A stretch of DNA of 64,000 nucleotides from Squalus acanthias (taxonomy: Eukaryota), in contig CM059427.1 in the NCBI GenBank assembly GCA_030390025.1, positions 14,136,001 through 14,200,000 on the forward strand, written 5' to 3'. Numbering within the stretch: position 1 is the first letter of the stretch; every line of letters starts with the position of its first letter. The position numbers were made by a program, and so were the translations under genes. Below the pieces are notes generated by a model. The model saw only the letters and a program-made list of their open reading frames with translations, was not told the origin of the DNA and did no database searches. Of the stretch, positions 61,241 to 64,000 are shown one piece after another.

Positions 61241-63947
61241 CTCGGCATCACCACCAGCAGCAACCAAGCCTCCCCCAGGTACCACGGTTGCAACCACAGG
61301 GAAGTCCATCGTCAACTTGTCCGACCACACCCTTCAACCAGACGAAATCGAAGTTCTCAGCCGAGGGCTCAAGTTCTGCCCCACCACCAAAATGGACCCC
61401 ATCAGTCTCGCGGCAGACACAGAGGAATTCATCAGGAGAATGAGGCTCCGGGAATTCTTCCACAAATCCCAAGATGTCAGCAACGAACCCAATGAGGCAA
61501 TCAATGATCCGGAACAGCAGACAGAGGGACCCGCAGTGCAGCAACTGAAGAAGAAAGAGTCAAATTGGACCCCTCCGGAGGGTCGCTGCCCTAAGCTTGA
61601 CATGTATGCTCAAGCTGTCAGGAGTTGCATCAACGCCAGATTCATCAGCCGCACTAACAAGACAGTCCAGAATGTCACCCGAGCACAACGCAACGCTATC
61701 CACGCTCTCAAGACCAACCGCAACATCGTCATCAAACCAGCGGACAAAGGAGGAGCCATCGTCATACAGAACAGAATGGACTATTGCAAAGAAGCATACT
61801 GACAACTGGACAACCAGGAACACCACAGACAGTTACCCGCAGATCCGACCAAAGAACACACCCGCCAACTCAATAGACTGATCAAGACCTTCGATCCAGA
61901 CCTTCAAAGCATCCTACGTGCTCTCATCCCACGTACTCCCCGCGTGGGAGACTTCTACTGCCTCCCAAAGATACACAAAGCCAACACACCCGGACGTCCT
62001 ATCGTATCAGGCAACGGAACCCTGTATGAGAACCTCTCTGGATACATCGAGGGCATCCTGAAACCCATCGTACAGGGAACCCCCAGCTTCTGTCGCGATA
62101 CTACAGACTTCTTACAGAAACTCAGCACCCATGTTGAACCAGGAACACTCCTCGCCACGATGGACGTATCGGCACTCTACGCCAGTATCCCCCACGATGA
62201 CGGCATCGCTGCGACAGCCTCAGTACTCAACACCAACAACAGCCAATCTCCAGACGCCATCCTACAACTCATCCGCTTCATCCTTGACCACAATGTCTTC
62301 ACCTTCGACAACCAGTTTTTTTACCCAAACACACGGAACAGCCATGGGGACCAAATTCGCACCCCAATACGCCAACATCTTCATGCACAAGTTCGAGCAA
62401 GACTTCTTCACTGCACAGGACCTCCAACCGACGCTGTACACCAGATACATCGACGACATTTTCTTCCTTTGGACCCACGGTGAAGGATCACTGAAAAGAC
62501 TACACGATAACATCAACAAGTTCCATTCCACCATCAAACTCACCATGGACTACTCCTCAGAATCGGTTTCATTCTTCGACACACGAATCTCCATCAAAGA
62601 CGGACACCTCAGCACTTCACTCTACCGCAAGCCCACGGACAACCTCATGATGCACCACTTCTCCAGCTTCCACCCTAACCATGTTAAAGAAGCCATCCCC
62701 TATGGACAAGCCCTGCGAATACACAGGATCTGCTCAGACGAGGAGGAACGCGATGGACATCTACGGACGCTGAAAGACGCCCTTGTAAGAACGGGATATG
62801 ACGCTCGACTCGTCGATCGACAGTTCCAACGGGCCACAGCGAAAAAATCCCATAGATCTCCTCAGAAGACGAACATGGGACACAACCAACAGAGTACCCT
62901 ACGTCGTCCAGTACTTCCCCGGAGCGGAGAAACTACGCCATGTTCTTCGCAGACTTCAACATGTCATCGATGACGACGAACACCTCGCTAAGGCCATCCC
63001 CATGCCTCCACTACTCGCCTTCAAACAGCCGCCTAACCTCAAAAGTACCATCGTTCGCAGCAAATTACCCAGCTTTCAGGAGAACAGCGACCATGACACC
63101 ACACAACCCTGCCACGGCAACCTCTGCAAGACATGCCAGATCATCAACACAGATACCATCATCACACGTGAGGACACTACCCACCAGGCACATGGTACAT
63201 ACTCATGTGACTCGGCCAATGTTGTCTACCTCATACGTTGCAGGAAAGGATGCCCCGGAGCATGGTACATCAGCGAGACCATGCAGACACTGCGACAACG
63301 TATGAACGGACACCGCGCAACAATCGCCAGGCAGGAGTGTTACCTCCCAGTCGGGGAACACTTCAGCAGTCAAGGACATTCAGCCTCCGATCTTCGGGTA
63401 AGCGTTCTCCAAGGCAGCCTTCGAGACACACGACAACGCAAAATCATCGAGCAGAAACTGATAGCCAAGTTCCGCACCCATGAGGACGGCCTCAACCGGG
63501 ATCTTGGGTTCATGTCACGCTACATGTAACCCCACCTGACGTAGAGTCATCCAGACTCGAGTCGTCGTTGGCTTGTTCACAGATGTGATTTCCAGTAAAA
63601 AAAGTAAAAAGTTTAAAGTTTCTTGTTTTCCATACAGACTCCAGCATCTGCCACATTTGACCCCTTGTGACCCCACCTCATTGTCTTTGTTGTATTTTGC
63701 TATCATCTTTGATGTAATGTCTTCCTGACTGACCTGGTTGGATTTGATTGCCGTGATTGTCTCTCTGCCGAGGTGTGGTAAAAGGCAGTTAGAAAGATTA
63801 ACTGTAGTCGTCTGGCATTGTTCTCTGTCTATATATGCTGTGCCCATTTGTATTCCTTCACTTCACCTGACGAAGGAGCAGCGCTCCGAAAGCTTGTGAT
63901 TTCAAATAAAGCTGTTGGACTATAACCTGGTGTTGTGCGACTTCTCA
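61241..63947 (+). mobile_element. Penelope-like retroelement family B, near-complete RT plus GIY-YIG ORF (disrupted) and 3' terminal repeat
   Basis: IVNLS, IKPADKGG, YCLPKIHK...GRPIVS, MDVSALY, GTAMGT, RYIDD, LYRKPT, IPYGQALR, NVVYLIRC...WYISET; stop at 61800-02 and frameshifts near 62320 and 62845; 11-bp TSD CACTTAAATCA (61230-40, 63948-58). Confidence 0.96.
63863..63899 (+). ncRNA. Minimal type I hammerhead ribozyme (Penelope terminal repeat)
   Basis: TCAC-CTGACGA-A-GGAGC(AGC)GCTCC-GAAA-GC-TT-GTGA. Confidence 0.82.
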
Positions 63948-64000
63948 CACTTAAATCAGGACACCCAAGAACAAACCAATGTCTCACACTGTATCGGCTA

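Overview
Eukaryotic, repeat-dense genomic DNA. The repeat families (vertebrate-type CR1 LINEs with octamer tails, Deu-domain SINEs, Penelope-like elements, two-gene Harbinger transposons) are most consistent with a cartilaginous fish such as a shark; this is an inference. No host gene can be identified with confidence, though a chain of exon-like segments lies on the minus strand. The main contents are: (i) three full-length or near full-length but disabled PIF/Harbinger transposons (13031-17364, 35525-42653, 43255-47507), each with a DDE transposase and a convergent three-exon Myb/SANT partner gene, plus several deletion derivatives and MITEs with 3-bp TSDs; (ii) two Penelope families, with four copies of a minimal hammerhead ribozyme whose stems covary; (iii) many 5'-truncated CR1 copies, a second LINE family, and an RTE LINE with a twin-priming-type 5' inversion; (iv) a 39-unit, 25-bp dimorphic minisatellite whose unit resembles a Harbinger target site and which is broken by a one-ended Harbinger fragment. 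Many insertions are nested and can be ordered from their TSDs. All calls come from reading the sequence and the ORF track by eye; no database search or alignment program was run.
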